Below, piece by piece: positions 18,187 through 26,816 of a stretch of DNA of 50,789 nucleotides. Where the stretch lies: contig CALWYM010000094.1 in assembly GCA_944385775.1 (NCBI GenBank), positions 1-50,789 of the forward strand, read 5' to 3'. The position numbers and the translations under genes are program-made. Source of the stretch: an uncultured Oscillospiraceae bacterium. Its GTDB lineage: Bacteria; Bacillota; Clostridia; Oscillospirales; Oscillospiraceae. The number at the start of each line of letters is the position of its first letter. Within the stretch, counting starts at the first letter, position 1. The notes beneath the pieces were generated by a model. The model made no database searches and was not told the origin of the DNA. It saw only the letters and a list, made by a program, of their open reading frames with translations.

Positions 18187-18861
18187 TTACTCTTCTATGT
18201 CACGATTGTTGTAAAGCTCCTGGAGCTCCTCAACAGGCTTCTGCATAAGCGCCTCAATAAGGTCATTAAATGCGCCGTCATTGATTTCCTTAACTCTCTC
18301 CTTAAGGTGAGCACACTCAGGCTGAATATACTTTCCGTTAAGCCTGCGTGCCAGCATTGCAACCTGCGGATGGGAAATTCCAGCAGGACATCTGGAGGAA
18401 CAGATACCGCACATAATGCAGTCAAAGCTCTCATTTGCGCACTTTTCAAAATCGCCTCTCTGAGCATATGCAATGTACTGCATAACGTTAAGACCCTGAG
18501 GGCAGCTCTTTGTGCAGGCGTTGCAGCCTATGCAGGAATAAATCTCAGGATAAAGCTGCATCATAACCTGCTGAGCGGGCTTAATCTTCTCAATATCGTA
18601 TATTTCCTTCACCAGCGGGAAGAAAGGCAGAGTTGCAACATACATATTATCCTCTACCTTGGTCTGGCAGGCAAGGCATGCGTGAAGCTCTCTGTCGCCC
18701 TTTATACGGTAGATAGTAGCGCAGGCGCCGCAAAATCCGTTACGGCAACCGCAACCGCGAATAAGCTGGTATCCCGCATACTCCATGGCGGTCATTATAG
18801 TAAGATTGTCCGGAACCTGATATCTCTTTCCGAAAAGAAATACGTTTACCATATTCTCCAT
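18187..18861 (-). CDS. FrdB/SdhB-like iron-sulfur subunit (one 2Fe-2S motif plus two CxxCxxCxxxCP motifs)
   Basis: Cluster motifs CGCRNGFCGAC...C, CIGCNACTKSCP and CIMCGICSSRCP. I place the start at ATG 18861 (MENMVNV...), 6 nt after GAAGGAGA. The ORF-track start 18912 overlaps the upstream gene. Confidence 0.8.
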   Translation of the reverse strand: MENMVNVFLFGKRYQVPDNLTIMTAMEYAGYQLIRGCGCRNGFCGACATIYRIKGDRELHACLACQTKVEDNMYVATLPFFPLVKEIYDIEKIKPAQQVMMQLYPEIYSCIGCNACTKSCPQGLNVMQYIAYAQRGDFEKCANESFDCIMCGICSSRCPAGISHPQVAMLARRLNGKYIQPECAHLKERVKEINDGAFNDLIEALMQKPVEELQELYNNRDIEE

Positions 18862-18880
18862 AAATATTCTCCTTCGTTTA

Positions 18881-19714
18881 TCAATACTCGTCTGGCAGCT
18901 CATCCAGCTCATCGAAACGGAAAACAGGTCCGTCCTTGCAGACGTACTTTGTTCCCACGTTGCACCTTCCGCACTTTCCGATGCCGCACTTCATTCTCAT
19001 CTCAAGGGTGGTATAGACCTGGGTCTTATCAAAGCCCAGCTCATAAAGTGCCGCAAGGGAGAGCTTAATTGCGATAGGAGGACCACAGAGAATGGCAATT
19101 CTGTCTGTGTCAAAGCCTATCTCCGTAAGGAAAGCGGGCAAAAAGCCTACGTGACCGTCCCAGTCGGGAGTTGAGCGGTCAGTGGTAAGGTGGAGACCAA
19201 AATTATCCTCCTTTGCCCACTCATTAACCATCTCATCATAGTCCAGAGTATCTGATTTAGTTCTGGAGCCCACAACTACGTCAATTCTACCATATTTATC
19301 ACGATTAGCGCGGCAGTAGTTGATTACAGAGTGGAGAGGAGCAAGACCAACGCCACCTGCGATAAACAGAAGATTCTTCCCTACAAACTCTGTATCTACC
19401 GGGAAAGGCTTGCCATAGGGTCCGCGGATAGTCACCATCTGCCCCGGCTCCGCCTGGTGGAGCCACTCAGTTACACAGCCGCACTTTTTAATGGAGAACT
19501 CCATATATTCCTTTACCGTCGGCGAGGAGGTTATGGAAAACATAGCCTCACCCACACCGGGTATTGAAAGCATAGCGCACTGACCGGGCTTATGCTCAAA
19601 GGGCTTTTCACCGTCCGGAGTAACTACACGGAAGGTCTTAATATCAGGTGTCTCGGCACGAATTTCGGTTATAACACCAAGCTTAGGTACCAGAGGCTCA
19701 AAAATTTCACTCAT
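18881..19714 (-). CDS. FlxA-like FAD/NAD(P)H-binding 2Fe-2S oxidoreductase (AsrB / sulfhydrogenase-gamma / PyrK type)
   Basis: Ferredoxin-reductase-type fold (FIAGGVGLAPL) and C-terminal CGIGKCGRCNV. The start overlaps the upstream stop (ATGAGTGA). Confidence 0.8.
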   Translation of the reverse strand: MSEIFEPLVPKLGVITEIRAETPDIKTFRVVTPDGEKPFEHKPGQCAMLSIPGVGEAMFSITSSPTVKEYMEFSIKKCGCVTEWLHQAEPGQMVTIRGPYGKPFPVDTEFVGKNLLFIAGGVGLAPLHSVINYCRANRDKYGRIDVVVGSRTKSDTLDYDEMVNEWAKEDNFGLHLTTDRSTPDWDGHVGFLPAFLTEIGFDTDRIAILCGPPIAIKLSLAALYELGFDKTQVYTTLEMRMKCGIGKCGRCNVGTKYVCKDGPVFRFDELDELPDEY

Positions 19715-20735
19715 CGGCTTTACCTCCCAGCGTTTTCATTACCTTTACTATGTTCATATGTATCGGACAGCTCTTGAGACATCTTCCGCAGCCTACGCAG
19801 CTGAACATACCATCGTAATTTGCCGGATAGTACACAAGCTTATGCATAAAACGCTGTCTGAAACGCTCAAGCTGTGTAAGTCTGGGCTGACCGGCACTCA
19901 TCTGGGTAAACTCGGAATACATACAGCTGTCCCAGCAGCGGAAACGGATAACATCCTTACCGGTATTAAAATCCTTAATATCATAGCACTGACAGGTGGG
20001 GCATACAAAGGTGCAGGTTCCACAGCCAAGGCATGACTCGGAAAGGCTCTTCCACTCCGGTCTGTCAAAATACTCATCAGTCTTGTCTCCGCCGAAATTC
20101 TCAGCGGAAAGATTGCGAAGAGGCAGCTTCTCGGCAATTTTTTCAATTTTTGCCTTTATATCATCGGCCGCGTTATCGTCACAGCTTTCGGTAAACTCGG
20201 AAATAAGCTCCATGACCTTTTCGCCCTTTTCAGTATTGGCTTTCCAGAAAAGTTCATTTTCGCCTTTCCAAACCGTAACATCGCCGTACTCGCCGGCAGG
20301 GTCAATGCCAAATGTATGGCAGAAGCAGGTCTCAGACGGCTTTGAGCAGGCTACGGAAACAATGATTCCGTGCTTTCTTCTGGCTGCATAGTAACCGTCT
20401 CTCGGTTCGGAGAGGAATACGTTGTCAAGAACATCAAAGCTTCTCACATCACAGGGACGAACTCCGAAAACCACAAAGTCCTCATCGATTTTCGCTGTGT
20501 TCTTAAGCTCAATATTCTTACCGGAGACCTTAAACTTCATAAGGTCCTCAACCTGTGGGAAGAAGAAATCCTTAGGACTCTTAACTGTATTCAGTGCCTC
20601 GGACCACTTTTTGCCCTCCTCCCACCTGGTATAGTTTGCTCTGCCTGTGGGATCGTCTACCGGGAGGAACAGTGCCATAGACTCTGAAATCTTTGAGAAA
20701 ATGCTGTCAACGGAGGTCAGCAAACTTTTACGCAT
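19707..20735 (-). CDS. FlxB-like 4Fe-4S protein (AsrA / sulfhydrogenase-beta type)
   Basis: CLGCGTCTFVCPTCQC and CVGCGRCLKSCP. The start is ATG 20735, 9 nt after AGGGAGGGA and 1 nt after the upstream stop. Confidence 0.8.
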   Translation of the reverse strand: MRKSLLTSVDSIFSKISESMALFLPVDDPTGRANYTRWEEGKKWSEALNTVKSPKDFFFPQVEDLMKFKVSGKNIELKNTAKIDEDFVVFGVRPCDVRSFDVLDNVFLSEPRDGYYAARRKHGIIVSVACSKPSETCFCHTFGIDPAGEYGDVTVWKGENELFWKANTEKGEKVMELISEFTESCDDNAADDIKAKIEKIAEKLPLRNLSAENFGGDKTDEYFDRPEWKSLSESCLGCGTCTFVCPTCQCYDIKDFNTGKDVIRFRCWDSCMYSEFTQMSAGQPRLTQLERFRQRFMHKLVYYPANYDGMFSCVGCGRCLKSCPIHMNIVKVMKTLGGKADE

Positions 20736-20736
20736 A

Positions 20737-21732
20737 TTACATTCCCTCCCTTTCAAATACCTGACCCGGCTCAAGGTCACCTGTGGTATAGTCTACCAGC
20801 GGGGCTCTGGAGCCAACCTCCTTGCCGGCCTGATACTCGCCGTAGAAGGTATTTATATCCTTGATAAACTTACGATTAAGAAGATGAAGGGGAATATGCT
20901 GAGGACATACCCTTGAGCACTCTCCGCAGTCTGTACATCTTCCTGCGACATGGAACGCACGGATAATGTGGAACATTTGCTCCTCAAAGCTTGTAGCAGG
21001 AGCCTTATTTTCTGCGCCGGAGTTGGGGTTATTGAAAACGCACTTCTCACAGGTGCAGGCAGGGCACACATCACGGCAGGCATTGCAGCGAATACAGCGT
21101 GAAAGCTCGCCGCGCCAAAAAGCAAAGCGCTCGTCCGGTGTCATTGCCTCAAGCTCCGCTACCTTGCCAAAGCGGTTGCAATCCGGGTTCTCCTCGCCTT
21201 CCTCGCCGATAAGCTCGTCATAGCAAACATGTTTTTTGCTCTTGCAGCAAATACATCTCTCTGCCATAGCGTCCTCGTAGCTGACCGTTTTCGGCTCATC
21301 GTCATAGATAGTCTGAACCTTAAGACCGTCAGGTTCACAGCTTATGGATGAGATTCCGTCACCGGTTATGGCTCTTATCTTGGAAATATCAGCCATACCG
21401 TCACAGGATATGCCCACAACATACACCTTGCTGCGATCAATCCTGTGCTCAGTCAGAAGCTGGTTAAAGCTGTATGTGTCACAGGGCTTAAGAAAAGCAA
21501 GAATCTTGCCCTCAATCCCCAGCGTCTTCGTTACAAGATATTTTGAAAAGTTAGCTCCGCAGAAATCATTGAAAACGAAATTCTGCTCAATATCCTCCGC
21601 AGTGTAGAAAAGGGAGGGTGTGAGGTCGTAGCTGAACTCGCCCTCTCTCCAGCCCAAAACGGCTGATACTGTACCATCATTCAAAAGGGAGATGGCCTTA
21701 GAGGTGAGCATTTCACGGGTTATTCTTTGCAT
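20737..21732 (-). CDS. FlxC-like 4Fe-4S dicluster protein
   Basis: CIRCNACRDVCPACTC and CTDCGECSRVCP, with an FrhB-like N-terminal part. RBS GGAGGA. There is a 13-nt overlap with mvhD. Confidence 0.75.
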   Translation of the reverse strand: MQRITREMLTSKAISLLNDGTVSAVLGWREGEFSYDLTPSLFYTAEDIEQNFVFNDFCGANFSKYLVTKTLGIEGKILAFLKPCDTYSFNQLLTEHRIDRSKVYVVGISCDGMADISKIRAITGDGISSISCEPDGLKVQTIYDDEPKTVSYEDAMAERCICCKSKKHVCYDELIGEEGEENPDCNRFGKVAELEAMTPDERFAFWRGELSRCIRCNACRDVCPACTCEKCVFNNPNSGAENKAPATSFEEQMFHIIRAFHVAGRCTDCGECSRVCPQHIPLHLLNRKFIKDINTFYGEYQAGKEVGSRAPLVDYTTGDLEPGQVFEREGM

Positions 21733-22154
21733 CTCAGATCCTCCAGTCTCTTGTTTTCACCAAGGGCTGCCACAGCCTCAGTAAACTCGTTCATGGTCTG
21801 GGCAAACTTAGCGCCCTCAGCTGCGGAACACCACTCCACCCGGGTGCGCTCACGCTCAATTCCCAGGTAATCCAGCATGGAGAAAAGCAGTGCCATACGG
21901 CGGCGTGTGTAATAGTTGCCGGACGTATAGTGGCAGTCTCCCGGGTGGCAGCCGCAGAGAATAACGCCGTCTGCACCACGCTGGAAAGCACGGAGGACAA
22001 ACATCGGATTTACACGGCAGGAGCAGGGTACACGGATAATCTTTACATTATCAGGATAACTGAGTCGGTTATTACCGGCCAGGTCAGCTCCCGCGTAGCT
22101 GCACCAGTTGCAGCAAAATGCCACGATAAGGGGCTTATATTCGTTTACTTGCAT
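21720..22154 (-). CDS. mvhD: MvhD/FlxD-type iron-sulfur protein
   Basis: IVAFCCNWCSYAGADLAG...VPCSCRV...GCHPGDCHY is typical of the methyl-viologen-reducing hydrogenase delta subunit family. Length 144 aa. Confidence 0.9.
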   Translation of the reverse strand: MQVNEYKPLIVAFCCNWCSYAGADLAGNNRLSYPDNVKIIRVPCSCRVNPMFVLRAFQRGADGVILCGCHPGDCHYTSGNYYTRRRMALLFSMLDYLGIERERTRVEWCSAAEGAKFAQTMNEFTEAVAALGENKRLEDLRCKE

Positions 22155-24139
22155 ATTGCGTCTACCTCCGCCATAATCTGTGAAGTTGCAAAGCCCTTAA
22201 GGTCCATAGCGCCGGATGGGCAGGCAACAGTACAGGCTCCGCAGCCCTGGCAAACCGCCGGGTTGACCTGCGCCACACGTCTGACTCTGGTGGTACGGTC
22301 AGGCATACGGAATTCCTTATCAACATAGGTAATAGCGCCGTAAGGACATACCTTCTCGCAGGCTGAGCAGCCGTTACACATAAGCTCATTGCTCTCTGCA
22401 ACGCAGGGGTTACCGGTAAGCTTATCCTTGACGAGAAGACCTATAACCTTTGACGCGGCTGCGCCGGCCTGGGCTACCGTATCAGGAATATCCTTCGGTC
22501 CCTGGCAGGCTCCGGAAAGATATATACCGGCAGTTGGGCTCTCCACGGGACGGAGCTTTGGGTGAGCCTCGGTGAAGAAATCGTTAGTATCCATGCTGGC
22601 TGTAAGCATAGTTGCCAGTGAACGGGCAGACTCGTCAGGCTCAATGGCTGCTGCAAGAATGACCATATCGGCAGCAATATGAAGCTGCTTATTATCCAGA
22701 AGATCAGAGGCCTGGACCATAAGCTTATCTCCCTCGGGAGCAACCTTACCTACCATACCCTTTATGTAATGGACACCGTATTCCTCAACGGCACGGCGAT
22801 AGAACTCATCAAAGTTCTTGCCCGGTGTACGGACGTCGATGTAAAATACATAGACCTCTGTATCGGGATACTTATCACGGACCAGCATTGCGTGCTTTGC
22901 AGTATACATACAGCAAATCTTGGAACAATACTCCTTACCCTTCTCAGCACAAGCCTCGCAGCGGGAACCGACACACTGTACAAACACAAGGGTATGTGGA
23001 TGCTTTCCGTCCGACGGGCGGAGCAGTGTGCCCTGAGTAGGACCGGCGGCGTTCATAAGACGCTCAAACTCAAGGCTTGTTACAACATCCTTGGACTGGC
23101 TGTAAGCATACTCGTCAAACTTATCCATACTGATGGGATTAAAGCCCGTTGCCACAACAATGGCACCGTACTTTTCCTCAATAATCTCGTCCTGCTGATT
23201 GTAGTCGATAGCGCCCACTGTGCAGACAGTAGAACAGAGACCGCACTTTCCGGTCTTCTTCATAATACAATAGTTGGGGTCGATGGTGGCTACCTTCGGC
23301 ACTGCCTGAGCAAATGGGATATAGATTGCGGTACGGTTGTCAAGACCCAGATTAAACTCATTTGGGACTTTTTTCATCGGACACTTTTCCATACAAAGTC
23401 CGCAGCCGGTGCACACATCTTCCTTAACAAAACGGGCCTTTCTCTTTATGGTGACATCAAAGTTACCCACAAAGCCCTTAACGTCAGTTACCTCACTGTA
23501 AGAGAAAATTCTGATATTTTCATGCTGACCAACGTCAACCATTTTAGGAGTCAAAATACAGGCCGCGCAGTCCAGTGTAGGGAAGGTCTTATCAAGCTGA
23601 GCCATCTTGCCGCCAATAGTAGGCTTCTTTTCTACAATGTCAACTTTAAAGCCTGCGTCGGCAATGTCAAGGGCCGTCTGGATACCGGCTATACCTCCGC
23701 CGATAACAAGGGCTCTTTTTGTAACAGGAGTCTCGCCTGCTGTAAGAGGGGTATTAAGGTTGAGCTTTGCAATAGCGGCTCTCCCCAAAATAATAGCCTT
23801 TTCCGTACCGGCTTCCATATCCTTATGTACCCAGGAGCACTGCTCGCGGATATTGGCGATTTCCACCATGTAGGGATTGAGTCCCGCGGCAGCGGCAGTC
23901 TTACGGAAGGTGGTCTCATGCATACGGGGTGAGCAGGAGCAGACAACCACGCCGGTGAGCTTGTACTCATGGATAGCGTTTTTAATCATATCCTGACCTG
24001 CCTGAGAGCACATATACTGATAGTTGTCAGAATAAACTACTCCCGGCTCATTTTTAAGAGCCTCGGCAACTCTCTTTACGTCAACGGTGCCGGCGATGTT
24101 CGTACCGCACCAGCACACAAAAACACCTATTCTCTGCAT
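22145..24139 (-). CDS. hdrA: Heterodisulfide reductase subunit A-like flavoprotein
   Basis: MvhD-like N-terminal domain (VFVCWCGTNIAG), FAD motif ALVIGGGIAGIQTALD...TLDCAACILTPKM, and inserted plus C-terminal ferredoxin motifs (CTGCGLCMEKCP, CNGCSACEKVCP, CQGCGACTVACP). Confidence 0.92.
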   Translation of the reverse strand: MQRIGVFVCWCGTNIAGTVDVKRVAEALKNEPGVVYSDNYQYMCSQAGQDMIKNAIHEYKLTGVVVCSCSPRMHETTFRKTAAAAGLNPYMVEIANIREQCSWVHKDMEAGTEKAIILGRAAIAKLNLNTPLTAGETPVTKRALVIGGGIAGIQTALDIADAGFKVDIVEKKPTIGGKMAQLDKTFPTLDCAACILTPKMVDVGQHENIRIFSYSEVTDVKGFVGNFDVTIKRKARFVKEDVCTGCGLCMEKCPMKKVPNEFNLGLDNRTAIYIPFAQAVPKVATIDPNYCIMKKTGKCGLCSTVCTVGAIDYNQQDEIIEEKYGAIVVATGFNPISMDKFDEYAYSQSKDVVTSLEFERLMNAAGPTQGTLLRPSDGKHPHTLVFVQCVGSRCEACAEKGKEYCSKICCMYTAKHAMLVRDKYPDTEVYVFYIDVRTPGKNFDEFYRRAVEEYGVHYIKGMVGKVAPEGDKLMVQASDLLDNKQLHIAADMVILAAAIEPDESARSLATMLTASMDTNDFFTEAHPKLRPVESPTAGIYLSGACQGPKDIPDTVAQAGAAASKVIGLLVKDKLTGNPCVAESNELMCNGCSACEKVCPYGAITYVDKEFRMPDRTTRVRRVAQVNPAVCQGCGACTVACPSGAMDLKGFATSQIMAEVDAICK

Positions 24140-24154
24140 TCTTCTCTCCCCTCC

Positions 24155-24547
24155 TTACTTCGCGTATTTGCGGAACGCAGTGACTATGGCCTGCTGTGGC
24201 AAATCCTCATCAACTATGGGAGGAATATCCTCAGGCTTCAGGTGATTCTTTCCCTGCTGCCTGATAACCGCAAGCCTGACAGCCTCTACAAGCTTTGCGG
24301 GCTCGACGCCTCTTGGGCATCTGTCCACACAGGCAAAGCAGGTCAGGCACTTATAAATACTCTTGCTTTTCATAAGGGGCTCAAGCTCGCCGTTTTCCAC
24401 CATATATACAAACTGGTGAGGGTGATACTCCATCTCATCATATGCCGGGCAGGTTGCGCTGCACTTGCCGCATCTCATGCATTTTCTTGGATTAACTCCG
24501 CTCATACGGACGATCTCAGCCTGAAGGTTACTATTTTTATTATCCAT
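24155..24547 (-). CDS. hdrC: Heterodisulfide reductase subunit C-like (2x4Fe-4S)
   Basis: CMRCGKCSATCP and CLTCFACVDRCP. Length 130 aa. The ATG directly abuts the hdrB stop (TAAATG). Confidence 0.85.
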   Translation of the reverse strand: MDNKNSNLQAEIVRMSGVNPRKCMRCGKCSATCPAYDEMEYHPHQFVYMVENGELEPLMKSKSIYKCLTCFACVDRCPRGVEPAKLVEAVRLAVIRQQGKNHLKPEDIPPIVDEDLPQQAIVTAFRKYAK

Positions 24548-25333
24548 TTACGCCATCTCCTTCACGCCAAGTGCCTCGGCCATAAGCTCAGTAAAGTACA
24601 CAACCGGTACCTCTGAACCGTTTTTCACGAGGTTATATTTACAAAGCGGGCAGGCGGTAACAAGTCTGTCGACGCCGTGTCCCTTTGCACTTTCAGTAAT
24701 AATCTTGCTCTTTCTTCCGGCAAACTCCGGATCCTCTATAACAGTATATCCGCCGCAGCACTCATTTCTGTACGGATACACAACAGGAGTAGCTCCCAGC
24801 GCTCTTATCAAATCCTCAATAATCTGCGGATTTTCAGGGTCGTCCATTTTCATAACGGAATTTGGACGGAGAAGCAGGCAGCCGTAATAGGCACCAATCT
24901 TCTGCCCCTTAAGAGGGTTTACTACCTTTTCACGAACCTTATCAAAACCAACAACGTCACGGATAAGCTCAAGGTAATGATAAACCTGGGTCTCCCCTGC
25001 ATATGGCTCCTCTGGAGCCATATAATTGTTTACCTTCATTCTTACCTCTGCGTCAGTAGCCATAGTGTAATTGGTCTGCTTTATTACGTTATGACAGGCA
25101 GAGCACACGGTAACAAGCGCCTGTCCCTTGTCCTTTGCCGCCTTTAGTGCCCTTACAGAAGAAAGCTTTGTTGCGGACTCGTTTTTAGCCGTGGTAAAAG
25201 CCCCGCCGCAGCATTGCCATTCCTCTATCTCTTCCAAAGTGATACCCAGGATCTCCGCACATTTGCGTGCATATGTATCAAGGTCCTTAGCGTGGGTCTT
25301 CAGGGTACACCCTGGGAAGTAACTAACTTTCAT
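24548..25333 (-). CDS. hdrB: Heterodisulfide reductase subunit B-like (two CCG domains)
   Basis: Two complete C...CCG...CxxC motifs: PGC..QCCGG..CSAC and YGC..ECCGG..CPLC. The start is ATG 25333, 6 nt after GGGGGA. The ORF-track start is 25354. Confidence 0.9.
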   Translation of the reverse strand: MKVSYFPGCTLKTHAKDLDTYARKCAEILGITLEEIEEWQCCGGAFTTAKNESATKLSSVRALKAAKDKGQALVTVCSACHNVIKQTNYTMATDAEVRMKVNNYMAPEEPYAGETQVYHYLELIRDVVGFDKVREKVVNPLKGQKIGAYYGCLLLRPNSVMKMDDPENPQIIEDLIRALGATPVVYPYRNECCGGYTVIEDPEFAGRKSKIITESAKGHGVDRLVTACPLCKYNLVKNGSEVPVVYFTELMAEALGVKEMA

Positions 25334-25382
25334 ATTGTTCCCCCTTAATACCATGAAAAACTATACTTTAAAAACGGCTTAT

Positions 25383-25405
25383 GGGAAGCGAAAAATACGC
25401 TTCCC
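25383..25405 (-). terminator. Weak intra-operon hairpin between fumC and hdrB
   Basis: GGGAAGCG (25383-25390) pairs with CGCTTCCC (25398-25405). On the minus strand the T-run (GTTTTT) starts only 8 nt after the stem. Confidence 0.3.
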
Positions 25406-25422
25406 TGCCAGTATTTACTAAA

Positions 25423-26799
25423 TTACACCATCTCTTCAGGATGGAACACTTCGTCAAACTTTTCAGCTGTTAAGAAGCCAAGTTCAACGCAGGCCTGCTT
25501 GAGAGAGATATTATCCTTAAATGCCTTCTTTGCTGTCTTAGCGGCGTTCTCGTACCCAATATAAGGATTAAGAGCTGTTACCAGCATAAGAGAATTGTGG
25601 AGATTATTGTACATCTTTTCCTTATTTGCCCTGATTCCCACAGCGCAGTTCTTGTTAAAGGAAACAATAGCCTCGGCAAGCAGTCTGGAAGACTGAAGGA
25701 AATTATATATGCACACGGGCATAAACACGTTAAGTTCAAAATTTCCCTGGCTTGCGGCCATTCCAACTGCAACGTCGTTGCCCATAACCTGAACTGCCAC
25801 CATAGTAACAGCCTCGCACTGGGTGGGATTGACCTTACCCGGCATAATTGAAGAACCGGGCTCATTCTCAGGAATTGTTATCTCACCGAGACCCACTCTC
25901 GGACCGCTGGCAAGCCAACGGACATCGTTTGCAATCTTCATCATATCACAGGCCAGTGCCTTAATTGCACCATGGGCAAAAACAAGCTCATCCTTTGATG
26001 TAAGTGCGTGGAACTTGTTGGGAGCAGTTACAAAGGATTTACCGGTCAGCTGAGATACTTTCTGAGCTACCAGGGAGTCAAACCCCTTTGGAGCGTTAAG
26101 ACCGGTACCAACAGCTGTTCCGCCGAGGGCAAGCTCATGTAGAGGTCTCACCGCCAACCTTATAAGCTCAACATCACGCTCAAGGCTCGTTCTCCAGCCA
26201 CTTATCTCCTGGCTGAACTTAATGGGCGTTGCGTCCTGAAGATGTGTTCTGCCGCTTTTAACAATACCCTCGTGCATTTTCTCAAGATTCTTAAAAGTCT
26301 CAATAAGGGTTTCCACAGCGGGGATAAGCTTATCCTCAAGAGATATAACCGCACAGATGTGCATTGCCGTGGGGAATGTATCGTTAGAGGACTGGCTCAT
26401 GTTTATGTCGTCATTTGGGTGGAGCAGTTTCTTCCCGGCAATCTGGTTACCGCGGTTTGCAATAACCTCGTTTGCGTTCATGTTTGACTGGGTTCCAGAA
26501 CCGGTTTGCCATACAACCAGCGGGAAATGGTCATTGAGAGATCCGGAAATAACCTCATCACAGGCTGCGGAAATGGCAGCCAGCTTCTCATCGGTCATCT
26601 TCTGAGGATTAAGCTCATGGTTTGCCTGAGCCGCGGCCTTTTTCAGAATTCCGAACGCATGGGTTATTTCCCTCGGCATAGTCTCGATACCTACGCCAAT
26701 TTCAAAGTTCTCATGGCTGCGCTGAGTCTGTGCAGCCCACAGGCGGTCAGCAGGAACTTTGACCTCGCCCATGGAATCATGTTCTATGCGATATTCCAT
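25423..26799 (-). CDS. fumC: Class II fumarate hydratase
   Basis: Signature GSSIMPGKVNPTQCE, plus the typical N-terminus MEYRIEHDSMGEVKVP and QTGSGTQSNMN. Length 458 aa. Confidence 0.96.
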   Translation of the reverse strand: MEYRIEHDSMGEVKVPADRLWAAQTQRSHENFEIGVGIETMPREITHAFGILKKAAAQANHELNPQKMTDEKLAAISAACDEVISGSLNDHFPLVVWQTGSGTQSNMNANEVIANRGNQIAGKKLLHPNDDINMSQSSNDTFPTAMHICAVISLEDKLIPAVETLIETFKNLEKMHEGIVKSGRTHLQDATPIKFSQEISGWRTSLERDVELIRLAVRPLHELALGGTAVGTGLNAPKGFDSLVAQKVSQLTGKSFVTAPNKFHALTSKDELVFAHGAIKALACDMMKIANDVRWLASGPRVGLGEITIPENEPGSSIMPGKVNPTQCEAVTMVAVQVMGNDVAVGMAASQGNFELNVFMPVCIYNFLQSSRLLAEAIVSFNKNCAVGIRANKEKMYNNLHNSLMLVTALNPYIGYENAAKTAKKAFKDNISLKQACVELGFLTAEKFDEVFHPEEMV

Positions 26800-26816
26800 A
26801 TGCTTTATTCTCCTAA

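Noticed and set aside
22679-23932. Long antisense ORFs inside well-supported genes. Examples: 417 aa opposite hdrA; 15445-16164 opposite the carrier; 16787-17494 and 17702-18157 opposite frdA-like; 18145-19068; 33223-34374 opposite glgP; 35697-36590 opposite glgB; 1634-1909 opposite spoVT.
   Set aside because: Each lies wholly inside a gene whose opposite-strand product carries unmistakable family motifs. Their translations are low-complexity, rich in Ser/Arg/Leu/Cys, lack an RBS and show no recognisable domains.
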